Shown piece after piece: positions 59,182 through 64,000 of a DNA stretch of 64,000 nucleotides. The notes beneath the pieces are model-generated. The model did no database searches. It was not told the DNA's origin and saw only the letters and a program-made list of their open reading frames with translations. This DNA comes from Azolla caroliniana. Taxonomy: Eukaryota > Plantae > Polypodiophyta. Location: the NCBI GenBank assembly GCA_043228905.1, contig JBHGNT010000018.1:3286001-3350000 (forward strand). The letters are read 5' to 3'. The first letter of the stretch is position 1; the number at the start of each line of letters is the position of its first letter. Both the position numbers and the translations under genes were made by a program.

Positions 59182-62100
59182 ATGTCAGTCTCCGTGGAGC
59201 ACGCCCAGCCCGTGGAGCCACAGTCCGTGAAGAAGCTAACCCTAAAATCTCTCAAGAGAGGCTATGATTTCTTCGCTTCCTGTCACGCTGAAAGACCCCC
59301 TCCCAATCCTGAGAGGTAAGCCGTACGAAACTAACAAGCTCCCCCCGTTTTGTTTTTTTTACAGGACATGTTTCTGTGGATAGGGTTTTTAATTTCCCAC
59401 CGTTGTTATTTGTTTTCTTTTTGTTGAAAAAGAAGGGTTAGTTTTTTCTTCACTCATCAGTAGATCTTCGGAATTCGCAAGAAGCTTTTAGACCCTTGTT
59501 CAACCATATAACCACACTATATTCTGCTGTAGAGAACAGTTTTTTTTTTACCCCTACTTATTTCTGGCTTAGAATATCATCACAAACATCTTTGCGAGCT
59601 AACATGTACAAGGTATGATCATTGTAACACGAAAATTTGCATCTAAAACATTCTTGCCAATGTATATTACAGCTGTTTTGCTAACTAATGTTGTATTTTG
59701 CATAGGGAGGGTAGAGTAAGTCAGAAAATAGGGATGTAGCTATCTTCTCATGTGTTTATGTATGTGTGTGAATGTGTTTAAACTTTGTTTATATGTGTAG
59801 AGAACTGTTTATATTTTGATGAGGAAAGAGTTTTCTGTGACAAAAAGGAAGTATATGGCTAACTTCTTGTGTATCTTTGTTGTTATGCAGTGTGAGGATT
59901 CGAAAAGCTTGCAAGGTGCAATATTTCATTGTTGGTGCTACACTGATTATTACGTTTTTTTGGTCTTTATATGTGCATATGAATCTTGGCTCCCTTTCTT
60001 CAGATTCTCGAGGAATATAGATCTGTAAAAGACTTGCTCCCTGGGTCTGGTCGGGAGGAAACCAGTGTAATCCACACAAATGCAGCGGGTGGTACACCCA
60101 TTGCTCTACCTGAAGTTAACAATTCAAAAAATAGAGGTAGTGTATAAGCCACCTAAGTTTGTAAGCTCAAAACTGTATGAGAAGAATGTGGTCACCTATG
60201 AAATGCTGATTTTGAATTATCAACCTCAGCTAGTGTTCTTCTGAAGTTGATGATTCAATAAATAGAGATAATGTACAAGCCTTGTTTGTTTCTATACTCA
60301 AATTAGTAAGCCACGAAAATGTGGGTAATTCATAGCTGTACATAGTGCAAGGCCAGAGAGAAAATCAATGTGTTGATACAAATTTCTGTTAATTTATTCA
60401 AAATAATTTGAAATGCTTTTTGGAGCATTATTCCTACAGATGAGGAGTGAATTTCCATTATCGGAAATTATTATTTACCCCAGTGGGCAGCTTATTACAT
60501 ATTAATGCATTAAATTGTAAAACATGGAATCAAATGTTTTGGAAATTCAGCTTCTATTTTTATGAAACAGTTGTAGGTCAACAAGTAAACAAGGTTGCAG
60601 AATCTGCCTTGGCCATAGTTACTGCACAGCCTTCAGGAAGGTTAGTTATATTCTATACATCCATCAATTTGGATGTCATTCATAGTGTTAAATCCTAGTG
60701 CTATCTCCCAACCTCAGATCATTCTTTTTGACAGAACCGAAGGCGGAGGGGTATCTTTGCCTCCAACAACGACAATCTCAGAGTACAAGCCCCCAGAAAG
60801 GTAATGCATGGAAAAGTCTAGAAATAAACTTGTTATGTAACGTAAAAATATACATTTTGTTTTTATTTTATAGTGAGGCAAATAATATATAAACTGCATT
60901 TTTTATGTCTTAAGATTCTTGCTGTTATATATACGTTGTAGGCATCCACCAAGTGCTGCTGTCTTGCGAAGGCTTCCAAGTAAATGGCCACGTCCTGTGT
61001 GGCATCCCCCTTGGAAAAATTACAGAGTAATGTCTCTTTCTTTCTATCCAGTGGTAGCACACGAGATAAAATTTCTGCAAATATTTAATTCTCAATTATA
61101 TATTTCTTCTGTGGGTTTAGTTACCAAGCAAGATAGTCATCTCTGAGTGCCGATGAACAAAAAAATCTTGTACATCGCTATACCAGAGATGCAAAATCAT
61201 CTAGATGCTCTTATCATTAGCACTTCCATGATAAAGTGTATAGAGTGCAGCTTGGCTGACTTAAGGTGTGGAGCATCTCAAGTATAATAATGAAGAAGCT
61301 AGCTTTTTTTGGCAAAAGCGATAAGGAATGTTAGGTTTGGGTGGATGTTTATGTACTTGAAAAACCTTCTTCAAATTTGGAATCAGAGTGAGGCGTGGCA
61401 CTAAGTTTTGGCAGCTTTGCAAGCATGTTAATTTTGAAAGCTGAGCTCTTGCAGGTTGAGACTAGTTTATGAGAACAGAGTGGGACCTGGACCACTCAGG
61501 ATTTGAAGTGTCTCAAGTATGTTAATGATGGCAGCTAAGCTGAGATTTGAGAAAATGATCCATGTTTGGATTGTTGGCTACGTTGGCAGGCTGTGTAAAG
61601 AATGAAAGAAGGATTCTCTTAAGAGGCCAAAATGGTTTATGAGACATGGATAATAAATTACATCGTATGATGTTGTCTCATATGTGAGAAGAAGAAACCA
61701 AAGAAAATATAATTAAATTAGTAAAACTGCCTAAACTACCAGGTAATCTATTTAACTAAGCACTTGACATTTTGAGCTTAGATGGACTGAATTTCTGCCT
61801 TCCAAAGATCTCCAATATGAGATGATCCAAGATGGAGAAGTTTTCAAAGTGAGGGACACACCATAATACATATCATAAAAAAGGATCTGCAGAAACTACA
61901 TTATATGTGCTAATAAAACTAGATTGAAAGTAGCACCCATGAGTGTAATGCGACATGGAAGTACAAGGAGAGAATTTAGTGCTTTCACTAAGCAATTATG
62001 TTGAAAGTTTCCCACTATGCCTTGTAATTTTACTTCTTCTCTTTTAGTTGACATCACAACTGTCCACACTCCATAATTACATAATAAATTCCTCAGGAGC

Positions 62101-63787
62101 ATAGAAACATGATTAAGTAATTGGCATATTCGAAGTTGTCAATGCCATCTTTGATCTATTACTCAAGTAGTATTCCATGCTGAATTGCAAGGAGAGGGGG
62201 TTGTGTTCAATGTGAAAATTCCCAAAAGGTTCCCAATGTACTTTAAAAATTGGCTTTTATACTCCCATGGTTTGACACTTGTAAATCACAAATTTGATAG
62301 AGCTACTTTTTAGGGGTCTTACTCTTAGAATCCTCACCCTTAGGATAGATGGTCAAAAATAAAATTTTCAGTCTAGGCTTTCCTGTTGGTAATCATGTAC
62401 AGGCACTCTTGGTTTCGTTCTTTGAAAAAATCTTGTTGAGCATCTTCACCCTTGGAAGCAATGGTGCCCATTCCATGTCACCAATTGAGATGAATCTGAT
62501 AATGTGATTGCAGTACATAACTCGTTGAATTTATTAGACATCACTCAGAATTTCTCTGTTTTCTCTATCTGAATCATCTTATAAAACTGTGGAACTGCTA
62601 CCTTTCTTTGTTCTGCAGGTTATAAGTGGTCATCTTGGATGGGTCAGATCAGTAGCTTTTGATCCTGGAAATGAATGGTTCTGCACTGGTTCTGCTGATC
62701 GAACCATAAAAGTATGCAACTTGCCAGATAATTGCTATTTTTAGCTGCAGACTCATGTAATTCTGTTGCATACTAATGATGTGAATTATGTTTATCCTCC
62801 TTTATTGCAGATATGGGATCTTGGCACTGGCCAATTGAAGCTCACATTGACAGGGCATATTGAACAAGTCAGAGGTTTGTCTGGGCATAATTCCTTAGTA
62901 TTGTTTGAATTCACTTGTTTATTCTTGATATCAAACTATTGTAATTTGTGTTTCTTAAACATGTGAAAGTATCCCATCTGTGTAGTTGAGGCCATATGTG
63001 TAAGCAACTCTTTACAATCTCATGAATGTTTCTAATAGTATTATTATGTCATGTTATTTAAACAGGTCTTGCTGTCAGTCCAAGGTTTCCTTACTTGTTC
63101 TCTGCTGGTGATGATAAACAAGTGAAATGCTGGGATCTTGAATATAACAAGGTTTTACTTTTTCTATGTCCATGCATCTAACTCTTTTGGATAGTTTAGT
63201 TTGCTACGTACATGTAAAGGTTTCTTGGAATAGTTTCTTTGATATTGGAATAGACACATTCAGCCCCCCTCCTTAGGAAGACTGTAGTTCTAGAGAAGTG
63301 AGGTTCAGTCCCTAGCTTGCACACAACACTTTTTTCCTCTGTGAAATTAAAAAAGGTATCATATTATATACAACTAATCTTTGTTTCTTTCTTTTTCTGT
63401 CCTCTCATCATCATCTCCCTTTTGCTTTGTGTTACTGTAGAATGTCTTTGCAGCACTTCCAAATTGGAATATATTGATAATATTTGGCTGTATTGGTTGA
63501 TGCCACCTCCAGCTCAGATATTCAACTTTTTCTTTTTTCTTTCCGTTTTCTAAAGAATGTTGTATTAATATTGTATTGCCACACAGCCAATCATGTGTTG
63601 GGTGTCGGTCATTTTTTCTTTTGGTAAATAAAATTTAGTAATCTGGTCATGCTGATGTTGAATGGTCATTGATTTTGTGATTCAGGTAATACGGTCCTAT
63701 CATGGACACCTGAGTGGAGTATATTGCTTAACACTGCATCCAACTTTGGACATCCTTTTGACAGGAGGTCGGGATTCTGTTTGCCGG
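59182..63787 (+). CDS. PRL1: Pleiotropic regulatory locus 1 (PLRG1/Prp46 WD40 spliceosome factor), 5' part; continues past the window
   Basis: Exons 59182-59315 ([16 protein letters not shown]), 59891-59915, 60004-60136, ~60571-60640, ~60735-60800, 60942-61026 ([17 protein letters not shown]), 62619-62711 ([31 protein letters not shown]), 62811-62874, 63066-63151 and 63686-63787 ([15 protein letters not shown]). Confidence 0.95.
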
Positions 63788-64000
63788 GTAAGTGTATTGC
63801 AATCAATCTAGTAATGTAGAGAGAGAAATATATATGAATATTTAATGTTCTGTTTCACTTAAGACATCAATGCTGGATATCTGAGAACGAACAGTAAAAA
63901 AGGATTGCCTAATACTAACTTTAAGATCCGTTTTTATGCACAATGTGTAGGCTCTACAGAGCTAGTCGCCTTTTAAGGTAAGAGTAGGTTATAAGATGAG

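Overview
Land-plant nuclear DNA. A fern or other non-seed plant is plausible from the repeat content and gene style, but that is inference. Bases 1-20 kb are a transposon stack. It starts with a 7.4-kb L1-type LINE on the minus strand, bounded by a perfect 16-bp target-site duplication (TSD); it has a frameshifted ORF1, an open 1458-aa ORF2 whose RT motif reads FAYD instead of F/YADD, and a 1.5-kb 3' UTR that is mostly a ~165-bp tandem array. Next comes a twin-primed (5'-inverted) LINE fragment interrupted by a full-length degenerate Ty3/Gypsy chromovirus, which itself carries a TIR element in one LTR and a 55-56-bp-periodic hairpin array in its leader. Bases 22-64 kb hold six intron-containing genes: CCD1 (14 exons), a DUF2358/NTF2-like gene whose 6-kb intron contains a ~1.1-kb Copia-derived inverted repeat, an FLP/MYB88-like R2R3-MYB, SDH6, SDF2 and the 5' part of PRL1. 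MITEs, minisatellites and microsatellites lie between them. The best candidate for something undescribed is the LINE's 3' monomer array, which seems to be echoed at the element's 5' end. No database searches were possible, so all family calls rest on recognised motifs and manual alignment.
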